Of a stretch of DNA of 60,346 nucleotides, positions 29,901-38,567 are shown piece by piece. Source of the stretch: a virus (Duplodnaviria; Caudoviricetes); the IMG/VR virus record IMGVR_UViG_3300032218_000496, positions 1 to 60,346 of that record; one strand, 5' to 3'. The notes beneath the pieces are model-generated. The model saw nothing but the letters and a program-made list of their open reading frames with translations. It was not told where the DNA came from and ran no database searches. How positions within the stretch are numbered: the stretch's first letter is position 1; each line of letters starts with the position of its first letter. Made by a program: the position numbers and the translations under genes.

Positions 29901-31408
29901 AAGAGGCAGTTAAACGGTTTATTGCTGACGGATTATTTGACATTACACTTAATCACGATCTTGTTGGTTTAGCCGAGTCTCCGTCTAACCTGTACACTGG
30001 CAGGGATCAACGGATTATGCAAGTATTGAGCGGTGCTTTCCACGGCGCAGAAAAGTTTAACCGTGAAGTAATTGCTATGTCGGCATTTGATATGGCTATG
30101 AAAAAATACGCTAAGCCAGAGAATGGTGGGTACAAAGGCGATAAGTTATTTGATAAAGCTATTGAAGTAACTAAGGACTTAACTTATAAGTCGATGTTTG
30201 ATTACTCCACACTTAATAAGCCTAGGCTGTTCCAAGGTAAGTGGGCAAAAGTAGCTATGCAGTTTAAACAGTTCTCCCAGCAAATGTCTTACATGCTAGT
30301 ACGTAGTGGTATTGAGGGTTTCCATAATACATTTAATTACGACAACTTAATTAAAAAAGAACAAGCACTAGGTGGCGGACAGCTTCCTGAGTTAGAAGAT
30401 GTGCGTCTACAGATTAATGCAACTCAACGAGCCAACGGAGAACCTGAGTACACAGGGCCTGCTTTAGAAGCGCAAGTTAAAAAGTATTATGCTGATGTGC
30501 GTTCAGAAGGTAAGAAACGGTTATTCGGCACTTTAGGTATGACCTTTGCGTTTGCTGGTACTACGGGTTTACCCGGATGGTGGGCGTTAAGTAAATTAAT
30601 TGAGGGTATGCAAGCTGTCTTCGGTGATGAGGATGAAGCCGACAAACCATTTGATTTTAATAATTGGTACAAAAATTGGTTAGCAGATAACATGGGCAAC
30701 TTCTGGGGAGATGCTATCGCTCGTGGAGTTATAACTCAAGTATCCGGCGTTAACTTAGCAGACCGTATGGGGTTAAATGATTTGTGGTTCCGTGATGCCC
30801 GTAACAGCCCTGATGAAGTTGCAGCTATGCAAGCATTTGTTATTAGTTTAATGGGCCCATCTATGGGGCTACTTACTAATGTGTTTGAAGCTTTAAAGCA
30901 AATGCGTGAAGGCCACCTTGAACGGGGAATGGAAACACTATCTCCAGCGATATTAAAGAATTTACTTAAGGCTGGTCGGTTCTCAGAAACTTTTGGTGAA
31001 GGCCGAGCAACTACGCTAAAAGGTGATGTGCTTATTGATGACTTTGGTGTAGGTGAAGTTGCTGCACAAGCGATAGGCTTTGGCCCCGAAAGATTAGCAC
31101 AGAAGCAAAAAGCTAACATTGAAGCAAAAACTGCTGAACAAGAAATATTAGCTAGACGTGCGGCGCTACTTAATGCTTACTTTATGGGTGTAGATAACTC
31201 AGATATAGATTTGATGATAGCAACGCTTGATAAAATTGCGGTGTTTAATACATCAAATCCTGGTCGTGGTATAAAACCTGAAAACATTAAAGACTCTGTG
31301 TTAACTCGTTATAGACAACGTGCTCTTGCACAAACAACAGGCGGTATAAACATTGATAAGAAATTAATTGGGCAGTTGGGTGGTATGACTGCATACGGCA
31401 ACGAATAA
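23933..31408 (+). CDS. large internal virion polyvalent protein (zincin HExxH + PLxRFG domains)
   Basis: 2491 aa; HEVAH at 27455-27469 with downstream EFVAEAF; PLKRFG at 29060-29077; last gene of the structural operon. Confidence 0.75.
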   Translation: MADLELLLEAERRGILPPDKLELLTEAKARGLVGGPPAPQVVQKKPEDVGYFESAGESLKRGAKGYSTSASGTSLAVSSLLGNEEAARKKMADIKAEQKKVEEKPGLTVEDLERIYAEKGLGAAAGQVPKYITQQFLQSAPEMAGPLAVGAGAAALSGPFAPVVGPLAGIGAYGLQQFGHFLVRQAEEKNDPKELEVAKAALGAAATAPAGYFIDKWTAGIGSMGQKKAGEQLLKELTARQIALKTGKRVAGGATVGIIAEAPLEVIEQGVERWQAGLPLTGDDAYKEYKEAFFGAAAVGGTLGGASRGIKGYREVKLENAAFRTEQQAPGKNVFTEGDEYEDTGVDTGVSKQSVSASGEPKVGTGTAAEGAGGTDTSGVGAANRATETSATGESTEQPALTEKQQFLSWLQQNNIVPTSERDIQMYEDMWRKSTASTEATPPLDETPPLDETPPNQPPPAAKKVGLTPEEWKIKKKIYETEKWIRDNKDTQTEENLNLVYDYLTTKRAELAALSASLKPAAQGQVEPTVRNTKQSGFDFNAPEDPNKTPPVQTVEASTAPAKVEPKQEGFDFVEPDINTQRDIVANEPSKGFELSAPSGQVLKGEGIEIIEGPPLAKLDLATEDITPVENLIKSIKPNTETPRQLEDFNGQTRTILDTIKEFLGLPLTYKPKPTKEEIAQGITEKPAAVDKGVELDDTTLRRRLGVINTFFNTLSLAPQERQQKLQELRTALPGLTAEQQGQAFNEFLNIKNLNTVRGITELRAKLEEWLDSYEGALLGEGKSNAVLGKGRFGISWRKGQYVIRQGDTIALGPVMKAALSRLKGIHPDDRTPEENAAAVFFSRKSPYEQPFVFALRNAAYALSTKNQTKDPVYKGESAKNAALFQKWLSENAPDKIVEYFNATAEDYRKQFAKAEKMSEEMRKVRAATKKDIAGRFMPWLYREPSGKPERLKAEAGLGKFKKTSKPKITTLADFLSEYGELGATEEDFGRYGAITAQPDNPNLYKADAYYPMHPVLESAIKNNDLKGGLELMATSKDRYTAGVAKRFLELNLATDVTMDKQDEITLNYLSWAYDRPDSSRDKLFTYIKDIVPEVDTNLIKSPVTIPDLRAQLEMLDKLSNYDIMTPIKIELDRVRTGYRDLLDTIDNSKAAFYYHLNTINFNSKTTLTNNDFIHEVAHAATNYALKETNFDKLTPKQQKAVGELKKLFEIAKNNIASQNLLDVYGITDIDEFVAEAFANPEFQALLKKIPYKRYYDPTKMNVKNASLFNGTENRDIVISQQKMKQTQKDLFDAGFDVTVEKDDRTDEEKAIDLARAAKRLAAKRKKAGVQEYDADTSAFNEFVYANDAFNVDNYLDLFYNEVIPREGAPGFYDKKNFPDDLKQNFEFAYQQAASRGDASFKFPINKKTFITFPVLQKPVGPAPQSLWGKFTRLIAELLGMDNVLGHTLANANLILQPTPTSQYDSNIIKVYSTKGKANVMAVTGTRQTRPESSGYLDRIFGERPSWEAMKISMPFWLESLKDATRKYYLGAFTLRQLEDMVGSKLKPMKEFIQNVESMLDARNAILAETKDVVTGWQKFQSDHPGLAKVLNKLMIDATVETIDPSKFTATNYYGTGSPEAYDKLSKADKEKRKALDAAYKQIGPAGQKVYADVKKFYADRLAAYKAALLYRIKQTLIADGIAEADVLNQPSYKKVEEYFKKHTLEPYFPLKRFGNYWLVINKGPNQTKEYYQFESALERNMFAGKRSTEIKTKTGKSPSIDMGNSLRDSKWKGNLQELEFLKDLKELVRTGEGGDVKTLKGNLEESLEQLYLLQLPDQNVRKMFLPRKGTQGMDQDMLRAFTSSAFHMAYQHSRFAFGPKLFGSVRASEQYISDMQDPKEEKRLRDYTGELTKRVDYIMNPPDTGTLPSFLSNMSFIWYMTAPASALVNMLGVVAVGQPVLGARFGQAETAKTMMAYAKRVGATGFKDDNENWAFPSITRDAKLTKVQQEAVKRFIADGLFDITLNHDLVGLAESPSNLYTGRDQRIMQVLSGAFHGAEKFNREVIAMSAFDMAMKKYAKPENGGYKGDKLFDKAIEVTKDLTYKSMFDYSTLNKPRLFQGKWAKVAMQFKQFSQQMSYMLVRSGIEGFHNTFNYDNLIKKEQALGGGQLPELEDVRLQINATQRANGEPEYTGPALEAQVKKYYADVRSEGKKRLFGTLGMTFAFAGTTGLPGWWALSKLIEGMQAVFGDEDEADKPFDFNNWYKNWLADNMGNFWGDAIARGVITQVSGVNLADRMGLNDLWFRDARNSPDEVAAMQAFVISLMGPSMGLLTNVFEALKQMREGHLERGMETLSPAILKNLLKAGRFSETFGEGRATTLKGDVLIDDFGVGEVAAQAIGFGPERLAQKQKANIEAKTAEQEILARRAALLNAYFMGVDNSDIDLMIATLDKIAVFNTSNPGRGIKPENIKDSVLTRYRQRALAQTTGGINIDKKLIGQLGGMTAYGNE

Positions 31409-31430
31409 AAAAACCCCACCGTGGTGGGGT
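31407..31430 (-). terminator. intrinsic terminator at junction of convergent operons
   Basis: ACCCCACC-GT-GGTGGGGT inverted repeat next to an A-run (U-tail on minus strand). Confidence 0.7.
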
Positions 31431-31487
31431 ATGAATTAATACTTGAAGGAAAAGTAACCGAAACAATGTAGTTACAGCTGTATGATA

Positions 31488-31685
31488 CTACTTAATCCGC
31501 CAAACTCGCAACCCCTGCACACCTTTTTCAACAACAATTTGTGTTTTTATGCGGAATTTAAGTCGTTTTGTTGCTCTTTCTACTTGCTCTAAAGCTATAT
31601 CGGGGTCTAAGCACGGTATAAAGAACGAAGACCCCACTATAAAATTCCTCCAATTAACGTTAAAGTCAATCCCGTATATCAGCAT
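31488..31685 (-). CDS. small hypothetical protein
   Basis: overlaps primase 3' end; GSSFFIPC and GLRVWR segments. Confidence 0.6.
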   Translation of the reverse strand: MLIYGIDFNVNWRNFIVGSSFFIPCLDPDIALEQVERATKRLKFRIKTQIVVEKGVQGLRVWRIK

Positions 31686-34485
31686 TTGTAATTGCTTTAG
31701 CCGCTTCTATATAAGTTTCTGTATCAATAAAGCTATTTGAGTCTGTCTTAAATACAAACACATCTACAGGTGGAGATACAATCTTTGTGCCCTTGGTAAT
31801 GCGTTTCTTAATGGGTCCTAGATAAACTCCATCTGCTGTCAGCCCCTTTAAAGTTTCCTTCAAGGTAATCTGTTGCTTAGTACAGTACGCCCTAAGCTGT
31901 TTAGCGTTTATGTACAGCCGTTTAGTATCAGGCTCAATCCTAATGTATAAGTCATTAAACTTAGGCTCAACAATAGGCAGTTGCTCCATACCAGACCTAG
32001 AGTCAGTGTTTCCGTTAATAACTAGAGTAGCTGCACGGTGCTCGTTCATAAACTCACCAATGACGCTAGACTGTTCTTGCGATGGGGCTTTAACTTCGTT
32101 ACGCATAACTTTAAGCTCAGATAGAATCCAGTCATAAACTCGTCTAACATTAAAGTCGATGATGCCCAAGTCTTTAGCTATCAATGCACCAGCTATGTTG
32201 CAAGCCACCACACCTGACCAAAACCGTTCACGGCTAGTAAACCCTACGTCGGCATCAATCCTTTGTTGTATCTGCTTAACTAAATCTATGGCAGACTCTA
32301 AGTTACCAACTAGATACTTGGAGTATTCCAACCCTGCGTGCCCGTAGTTACTATATAGCTTGTCAAATATTTCATCGGCTTCCTTCTTTGACAGGTGGTT
32401 AGTCATCTCAATACGGTACTCAATCAACCGCATAAACTCTCCGTCAGGTGTAGACTTCAAAGCCGACAACTTATCGTAGAAGGATGCGTTAGAACTACAT
32501 AAGGCTATTGTTGACCACTTAGTAAAGTTAACCCGCTCAGCGTTCTCGTGCTGCTTCATTCGGTTCTTACCTCGCCCCTGAGACATGCTGTATACCAAGT
32601 CAGAGAAGTCTTCGCCAGTAAGTTTAGTTACCTCATCAATAGTTGCTGGCAGGTTATTCAGAATACCAAGCCTATGGATGATAGTGTTCTGCGTATCTTT
32701 CCATTGCATCATTAATTCTTCGGGGTGCCCCCATACACTGTTGCACATCTTTAGAATCGTAGATTTACCTGTACCTGATGTATTATTAATCAGGTTAATG
32801 ATAGCGCCCTTAAGGTTTAGATGCTTAAGCAAAGGGGCCCCAAATGCTGTAAAAAAACCAAACGCATGTGGTTCAAACCCTTCCTTATCGTATACCTTAG
32901 CTACGGACTTCCACTCGTCGTAATCTCCTGTCGGCTTTAGCCATTCTGCTAGGCTACCTGTTGATGTTGATGGGGGGCTATAAGTTACTCCTGTAGCCGA
33001 TACTTCTTGTTCCCCTAAAATAAACTTGTCGTTACCTTCGGTCCAACCAAACTGTGTTCGCATAATCTCTACCCTATCTCTATGTTGACTTTCTTTAATA
33101 AACGTAATCACGTAATGCATAATGCTTGCCATCTGTGGCTTAGGTGCGGCGACACCATACCACGCTAATTTATCTCGCAGCTTTTCGTAGGTTAAAGCGT
33201 CAGTCTGTGGCATAGCAAACTCACGCATACCATCTTTAGGTAAATGTAACCTAATCCATACTGTATCACCTTTAACAGGATCGTATAGTCGCTTAACAAT
33301 ATATAAGTCGTGCTCGTAAACATTAACTACATCTTCTTCGCCGTCATCATCTTTAGTCTTCAAATAGACTCCTCCGTTCTTACCTCTGAAATACGGGAAT
33401 GGATATAAAGGAACTGTGACCGTTTCCGTCCGACTATCCTCCGTCTTAACAACGAGTTGATTTTCTTCCGCACTAGCGATTTCAGATCCAAGCTGAATAG
33501 GCGATGTAATTTTATTTCTGTTGGGACATTCCGCACATTCTTTTGGGTTAAGTTTCTCAAAAGTCTGACAGGTGTATGGCCCCTTAGTTGCATTTGCTTT
33601 CTTCTCGGTTTCGACTTGATCGTATTGCGGATGATTTGATGATATTTTATGAACTGCCTCATCTGCATCTACACAATGTGCGGCAATTGATAATCCTGCT
33701 CTCCATAGTGGCTCCTCTATTTCTTCTTGGTTAAGTACAATACGCTCTAGTTGTGCACAACCTTTGCCGTTCAAAGTTTTAAGCATGATAGTTTTAAACC
33801 TACTCTGCTTATTACCCATCAATGCACGGGTCATTTCATTTAGTTGCCTAGGTATATAATCCGGTGCAACTAAAACACCTAGCTTCTTTTTTATTTCTTC
33901 GTGGTCTATATCTCCACATAGTGCCAATAACTCAACAGGAAACGGTGGGTTTGACTTGTGATTCCAAGTCTCAGGAACTCTTAGAATAGATGCACTATCC
34001 GCAGTCCTAGATGAATCCGCATGAAACTCAAACTCTTCACATAAACTTTTTATACGCTCGGCTGTAGGAAGCCACTCTGCTCTAGAGATAGTTGTTGTCA
34101 ATCTCCAGTAAGCATGTATACCTCTACCCGAATTAACTATCGTGGGTAATGGCATGCAAATTTTAGTACAAAATGTTTTAAGTGCTGCTAAACCTTCTTC
34201 TCTATCTGCATATGGTTTAGTAAGTCCGCAATCAATGTCGATCCAAAAAGATCTAAAGAAATTACTATTCTTCTGTGTTCTTCCATCCGTTTTGTTTTTG
34301 TATTTGGCGCAAGCAAAGTAGACATCATATAAGTCGCCGATTAAACCCTTTACAAGTATCTCAACATCTGCCAATGTATCAACAAAAATTTGTTTGGGAT
34401 ACCCTTCTTGTTTTAATCCGACTATGCAGTAGACACCTTCCCCTTCAGGAGGCAACACTGCCTTGAGCAAATCTGTCGTCGCCAT
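31666..34485 (-). CDS. primase-helicase (prim-pol-like N-terminus, Cys cluster, DUF927-like/P-loop helicase)
   Basis: WIDID and SGRGIHAYW primase motifs; C..C..C cluster; FGW; SGTGKST Walker A; IDE Walker B. Confidence 0.85.
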   Translation of the reverse strand: MATTDLLKAVLPPEGEGVYCIVGLKQEGYPKQIFVDTLADVEILVKGLIGDLYDVYFACAKYKNKTDGRTQKNSNFFRSFWIDIDCGLTKPYADREEGLAALKTFCTKICMPLPTIVNSGRGIHAYWRLTTTISRAEWLPTAERIKSLCEEFEFHADSSRTADSASILRVPETWNHKSNPPFPVELLALCGDIDHEEIKKKLGVLVAPDYIPRQLNEMTRALMGNKQSRFKTIMLKTLNGKGCAQLERIVLNQEEIEEPLWRAGLSIAAHCVDADEAVHKISSNHPQYDQVETEKKANATKGPYTCQTFEKLNPKECAECPNRNKITSPIQLGSEIASAEENQLVVKTEDSRTETVTVPLYPFPYFRGKNGGVYLKTKDDDGEEDVVNVYEHDLYIVKRLYDPVKGDTVWIRLHLPKDGMREFAMPQTDALTYEKLRDKLAWYGVAAPKPQMASIMHYVITFIKESQHRDRVEIMRTQFGWTEGNDKFILGEQEVSATGVTYSPPSTSTGSLAEWLKPTGDYDEWKSVAKVYDKEGFEPHAFGFFTAFGAPLLKHLNLKGAIINLINNTSGTGKSTILKMCNSVWGHPEELMMQWKDTQNTIIHRLGILNNLPATIDEVTKLTGEDFSDLVYSMSQGRGKNRMKQHENAERVNFTKWSTIALCSSNASFYDKLSALKSTPDGEFMRLIEYRIEMTNHLSKKEADEIFDKLYSNYGHAGLEYSKYLVGNLESAIDLVKQIQQRIDADVGFTSRERFWSGVVACNIAGALIAKDLGIIDFNVRRVYDWILSELKVMRNEVKAPSQEQSSVIGEFMNEHRAATLVINGNTDSRSGMEQLPIVEPKFNDLYIRIEPDTKRLYINAKQLRAYCTKQQITLKETLKGLTADGVYLGPIKKRITKGTKIVSPPVDVFVFKTDSNSFIDTETYIEAAKAITNADIRD

Positions 34486-34497
34486 ATGTCCCTTAAA

Positions 34498-34749
34498 TTA
34501 AACTTCCGCATTCGGTAGAAGTTTGTCCAATAGTTTTTTAATTTTTTCAGCTTTATTCTTGTGTGGGACTGACTTGCCGACGAACCATGAATACACAGTC
34601 ATGCGAGATACTTTAAAATATTTCGCAACTTTAGCTACAGGAACGTCGGTGTCAATACACACCCTTCCAAGAAGGACACCAATATTTTTCTTGGTATCTG
34701 CTTCTTGGTTGGCTTTAACAAGATGGAAGCTATAGCCCCGTAAACTCAT
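34498..34749 (-). CDS. helix-turn-helix DNA-binding protein
   Basis: VAKVAKYFKVSRMTVYSWFVG HTH signature; start set at ATG 34749. Confidence 0.7.
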   Translation of the reverse strand: MSLRGYSFHLVKANQEADTKKNIGVLLGRVCIDTDVPVAKVAKYFKVSRMTVYSWFVGKSVPHKNKAEKIKKLLDKLLPNAEV

Positions 34750-34754
34750 TTGTG

Positions 34755-35606
34755 TTATGTCCAATCTTTCATAACAGCCTTTAAGTCAGGCTTGGAAGTA
34801 GGCTGGGCTTTTTTATCTTCACGCTTCTTTGGCTCAGCTATTTCCTCTTGCTCAACTTCTACCTTTGGTGCGGCTATGGCTTTAGGCTTTGCGTCAGTCT
34901 GTGCTACAGTAGTTTCTACTGCACGCTTAGCGGTAGGTGTTTCTCCTTGACGCTTAGCAACTTCCCATTCTTCCTTGCTCAAAAACTTAACTGGGCGGAA
35001 GTATACTTTAGCAACGTCGCTCTTTTCATCAAAGCGCATTTCGGTTACTAGCGTATTAAGGTTGTACCCTTGTGAACCAACATACTTAGCAAACTGCTCA
35101 AACGGCATAGTGTTTAATTCGCCTTTACCAAATATAGACTTGGATGCTAACTCTAGTTGATACACATCGCCACCAACATCATCAGCTAAGACAACTGCTA
35201 ACTTGCGACGATGACGGCATGCACGGCTATCACCTTGTCCAGACCCTTTGATATTCTGTGGGCACTCGGCACAGTTGTGGTGTTGTGCTTCTTTAGCAGA
35301 CGCATCAGGTGTTACACCATCGTTAGACCAGCAGTCAGGTGCAGTAGCTTCTTCGCTTGCATTGTATGCCTTGGCATAAAACTGCCGAGATATATGCTTA
35401 GCCGCATTAACAATAACGATATTCATTTCCTCGTTCTTGCTAGTAACAATTTCTTCGCCGTTAACTACCATACGGAACTTACTGCCACGCAAAGAAATAC
35501 GCTTGCTACTACCACCATTGCCAGCTAGGGCTTTAGTTACGTCATCAAGTTTTACGTCTTTTAAATACTCAGGCAGGTTTTGATTAAACAAAGTCATTTC
35601 ACTCAT
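34755..35606 (-). CDS. conserved replication-module protein (possible ssDNA-binding protein)
   Basis: PDCWSNDG, C..CPQN and RACR motifs; charged flexible C-tail; AGGAG RBS; position. Confidence 0.5.
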   Translation of the reverse strand: MSEMTLFNQNLPEYLKDVKLDDVTKALAGNGGSSKRISLRGSKFRMVVNGEEIVTSKNEEMNIVIVNAAKHISRQFYAKAYNASEEATAPDCWSNDGVTPDASAKEAQHHNCAECPQNIKGSGQGDSRACRHRRKLAVVLADDVGGDVYQLELASKSIFGKGELNTMPFEQFAKYVGSQGYNLNTLVTEMRFDEKSDVAKVYFRPVKFLSKEEWEVAKRQGETPTAKRAVETTVAQTDAKPKAIAAPKVEVEQEEIAEPKKREDKKAQPTSKPDLKAVMKDWT

Positions 35607-36007
35607 TTACTTCTCCTTACGGTTATATGATATGCGTTATCCACATTTAGACCGGGTGGTAACATGTCCGGGTTTTCTTCTAAGAACTGCTTTATGTTTG
35701 TTTGATGTATACGCCGTTCTAATACTTCGGGCACATTATGTTCAAACATCCAATCGTAAAAACGCTCCCAATCATTAGTCCAATACTTAGACTTGATGGT
35801 GCGAATTGCAGTGCCGTCTTTAGTTTTAATACTATCGGCACCTGTGTTTTTGCATATGCTTAAAAGCTCTTGGTTAATTAGGTCTAGCTTGGTAACAAAC
35901 TCGCTATCAATCTCTTCCCATTCCCGCTTAGCTTCTTCTCGTGCATCCCTAATCTTAATAAAAACGGAGACGAGTTTATCGACGTTCATGCCGTCAGTTG
36001 GTTCCAT
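35603..36007 (-). CDS. conserved phage replication-region protein
   Basis: start set at ATG 36007 (GAAAGGA RBS, downstream of promoter); coiled coil plus DW.RFY and PPGL motifs. Confidence 0.6.
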   Translation of the reverse strand: MEPTDGMNVDKLVSVFIKIRDAREEAKREWEEIDSEFVTKLDLINQELLSICKNTGADSIKTKDGTAIRTIKSKYWTNDWERFYDWMFEHNVPEVLERRIHQTNIKQFLEENPDMLPPGLNVDNAYHITVRRSK

Positions 36008-36051
36008 ACTTTTCCTTTCAAATATAAACGAATCTTTGTTCGTTGGATACA

Positions 36052-36079
36052 ATTATACTACAACTATTTACACTGTCAA
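36052..36079 (-). promoter_or_regulatory. sigma70 promoter
   Basis: minus strand reads TTGACA-N16-TATAAT with perfect hexamers. Confidence 0.8.
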
Positions 36080-37413
36080 GTGTTTTCTTCAATTTCTTTT
36101 TGATATAAATCAATTATTTTTGTATGTACATCTAGCTTATTTTGCAACATACCATACATCCTTGTCTCTACGGGAGAACCCTTAATATGCACTACAGTCA
36201 TAGCGTTCTTCTGTCCCTGCCTGTCTATACGAGCATTAGCTTGTAGGTAAGTTTCAATAGACGTTACTGGAGCGTACCAAATAATTGTATCGGCGGCTGT
36301 TAATGTTACACCATGTGCCGCAGCTTGTGGCTGAATGATGAGAACTTTTATATCGTCTTTTTCTTGAAACCGTTTAAATATTTCTGTGCGCTTATTGACG
36401 GTAACAGCCCCGTTAATTATTTCCGAGGGAATACTTGCCCCTCTCAAATGCGCTTTGAGTAGTTCTATTGTATGAGTAAATGGAACAAACACAAGCACTT
36501 TATTACTAGACTCGTTGATTACTTCTTCTACAACACGAAGACGATTGCTAACATCAAACTCAACCACACTACCAGTATCGCTGTAAACAGCACCGCCAGA
36601 AATCTGCAAGAGTTTATTGAGATTAACAGCTGCATTGACGGCACTAATTTCTTCGCCATCGGCAACCATAAGCATTTCTTTTTTGAGTAACTTATAATAT
36701 TTCTCCTGTTGCGCAGTAAGTGGGGCATCTCGGAATACATGCGTAACTTCGGGCAAGTCTAGACATTCTTTTTTAGTGTATCGGATAGCTGGCTGTAACG
36801 CATCAAACACAACCTGATTGGCGTTTGGTCTAGGTATCCAACGGAACTGACTAATGTTAATCATAGTCTGATCTCTAAACGCACCAAAGAATCTAGGTAC
36901 TCTCTCAGGCACACATAGTTTGGCTAAGCCGAAGGCATCGGTAGGTGTTTGAGCCGCTGGTGTTCCTGTCATAAGCCATAGCCTAGTGTCAGGGCGTATC
37001 AACTCTTTCATGGTTTTCCAGCGTTTTGTAGTCACAGTTTTATACGCATTAGCTTCGTCAATAATAATTAAGTCGAAGTCATTACGTGCTATGTCCTGTG
37101 CAACAATCTCAACGCCATCATAATTAATAATCACAAACTCGGCATCGCTATCAATGATAGCTTTGCGTTTAATCCTAGAGCCGTAAGCAATACCAACTTT
37201 GCGGTGCACTGCAACTTTAAATAGGTCTGCCTGCCATGCTGACTGCATGATAGATAAAGGGCATACAATTAACACCCTATTAATTAATCTATTCTCTAGT
37301 AGATAGTCTGCCGCCCAAATAGCCGATGCAGTTTTACCTGTGCCTTGTTCGTTAAAACAAAATGACCGAGGATTTGTAGTAAAGAAATATGTTGTCTCTT
37401 CTTGATGCGCCAT
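36076..37413 (-). CDS. SNF2-family (SF2) DNA helicase; start uncertain (37413 or 37692)
   Basis: HQ, EQGTGKT, IDEA, TGTP and QANARIDRQGQ motifs. Confidence 0.88.
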   Translation of the reverse strand: MAHQEETTYFFTTNPRSFCFNEQGTGKTASAIWAADYLLENRLINRVLIVCPLSIMQSAWQADLFKVAVHRKVGIAYGSRIKRKAIIDSDAEFVIINYDGVEIVAQDIARNDFDLIIIDEANAYKTVTTKRWKTMKELIRPDTRLWLMTGTPAAQTPTDAFGLAKLCVPERVPRFFGAFRDQTMINISQFRWIPRPNANQVVFDALQPAIRYTKKECLDLPEVTHVFRDAPLTAQQEKYYKLLKKEMLMVADGEEISAVNAAVNLNKLLQISGGAVYSDTGSVVEFDVSNRLRVVEEVINESSNKVLVFVPFTHTIELLKAHLRGASIPSEIINGAVTVNKRTEIFKRFQEKDDIKVLIIQPQAAAHGVTLTAADTIIWYAPVTSIETYLQANARIDRQGQKNAMTVVHIKGSPVETRMYGMLQNKLDVHTKIIDLYQKEIEENT

Positions 37414-37441
37414 CGGGGGGTATGCCCCAGGCCAAGAGTAC

Positions 37442-37753
37442 TTACTTAACCTTTTTGGAGGGCTTGTTTTTCTTGACTGTGTGGTCGGAGTTTCTTGAGA
37501 ACGAGCGATTGGCGTGGGCAGACTCGACGTGTAAGTTTCCTTTTGAGTTTGTTCCACCTTTGCTAAGCGGCTTGACGTGGTCAATATCCTTACCCTCTCG
37601 GACGTCGGCTTTCCCATTATGGTTCTTGTCGGTTCCTGTGGAGTCGAGTTCGTATCTTGCCCTTGCTCTAGTATTTCTCGTAGCTTGTTCATTGCGCTCT
37701 TTCTGCTGTTGGTATTCCTTCTTGTACGGGCGGGGTTTGTTCACATAAGGCAT
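37442..37753 (-). CDS. HNH endonuclease
   Basis: DIDHVKPLSKGGTN..NL......NR; GAGG RBS before ATG 37753. Confidence 0.85.
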   Translation of the reverse strand: MPYVNKPRPYKKEYQQQKERNEQATRNTRARARYELDSTGTDKNHNGKADVREGKDIDHVKPLSKGGTNSKGNLHVESAHANRSFSRNSDHTVKKNKPSKKVK

Positions 37754-37880
37754 ATTTATCCTCTTCTTTCCTATAGAAATATACGGCTCCATTAGCCAAT
37801 ACTACGTATTTTGGCATAGAATCCTTCCCATAACAATCAGTAAGTTCCTTAAGGATTTGCTCGACTTCATCGTTAGTCAT
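37689..37880 (-). CDS. hypothetical protein
   Basis: TAATG coupling to upstream gene; 3' end overlaps HNH gene. Confidence 0.5.
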   Translation of the reverse strand: MTNDEVEQILKELTDCYGKDSMPKYVVLANGAVYFYRKEEDKYALCEQTPPVQEGIPTAERAQ

Positions 37881-38071
37881 TAGCATCTCCCATCAGGGTC
37901 AAATTGTTCCCAAGCGTTTTTCATCTTTAGCTGATTGTTTGAACGTTCGAGCTGATACTGTAGGTCTTTGACCATATATTCCAAGTCAGCAAGCCTTTTA
38001 TCTTTGAGTTTGCACTCGGTTATTAGTTCAGTTACTGCTTTAAGTAACTCCGATTCGGTCATGCTATACAT
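37880..38071 (-). CDS. small coiled-coil protein
   Basis: GGGAGG RBS; heptad pattern. Confidence 0.55.
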   Translation of the reverse strand: MYSMTESELLKAVTELITECKLKDKRLADLEYMVKDLQYQLERSNNQLKMKNAWEQFDPDGRC

Positions 38072-38249
38072 CCTCCCTTTTGTATTTAATAAAAAATATA
38101 TACTTTAACTTTCGTAATGCCTTCTTCTCAACTTCACTAACCCTACTTCGTGACATACCTAACTTATCTGCCACTTCTTGTTGAGTCATATACCCTTCGT
38201 TGTTTTGAGGGGTTGTCTCTTCGGGTTCGTCGTCTTCATCTTCATACAT
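38064..38249 (-). CDS. sigma70 region-4-like HTH protein
   Basis: MTQQEVADKLGMSRSRVSEVEKKALRKLK. Confidence 0.75.
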   Translation of the reverse strand: MYEDEDDEPEETTPQNNEGYMTQQEVADKLGMSRSRVSEVEKKALRKLKYIFFIKYKREDV

Positions 38250-38254
38250 TGTTG

Positions 38255-38332
38255 TTACTTTCTACAGTACGGGCATTTAATTAATATGGTTACTATCTTT
38301 GACTTGCAATGTACGCAAATGTAGGGGGTCAT
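38255..38332 (-). CDS. 25-aa zinc-ribbon microprotein (not in ORF track)
   Basis: MTPYICVHCKSKIVTILIKCPYCRK; ATG supplied by the boundary repeat. Confidence 0.55.
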   Translation of the reverse strand: MTPYICVHCKSKIVTILIKCPYCRK

Positions 38333-38348
38333 TCCTCACTCGCTTTCT

Positions 38349-38567
38349 TTAAAAAGACCATACGATTGGTATTTTATTGTCAATACAAAGTTTAGATAAA
38401 TACCTAGCATATTTTCTTTCTCCTTCAAATGCCTTTCCTAACGACTCTATTTCAGCCTGTTGTTGCCGTAGCATAGTGGCGCAATCAGCCAAAAACCCAA
38501 GTATTATTTCACCTTGTAACCTATTACATTTATCAGCCAGTTCATTTGCAGTCATTTCTTCTTTCAT
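38349..38567 (-). CDS. hypothetical protein
   Basis: start lies in boundary repeat; MLRQQQAEIE motif. Confidence 0.6.
   Translation of the reverse strand: MKEEMTANELADKCNRLQGEIILGFLADCATMLRQQQAEIESLGKAFEGERKYARYLSKLCIDNKIPIVWSF

Noticed and set aside
23933-31408. Tape measure protein or virion RNA polymerase
   Set aside because: No TMP repeat pattern, no tube/chaperone context and no RNAP catalytic motifs; polyvalent-protein motifs fit better
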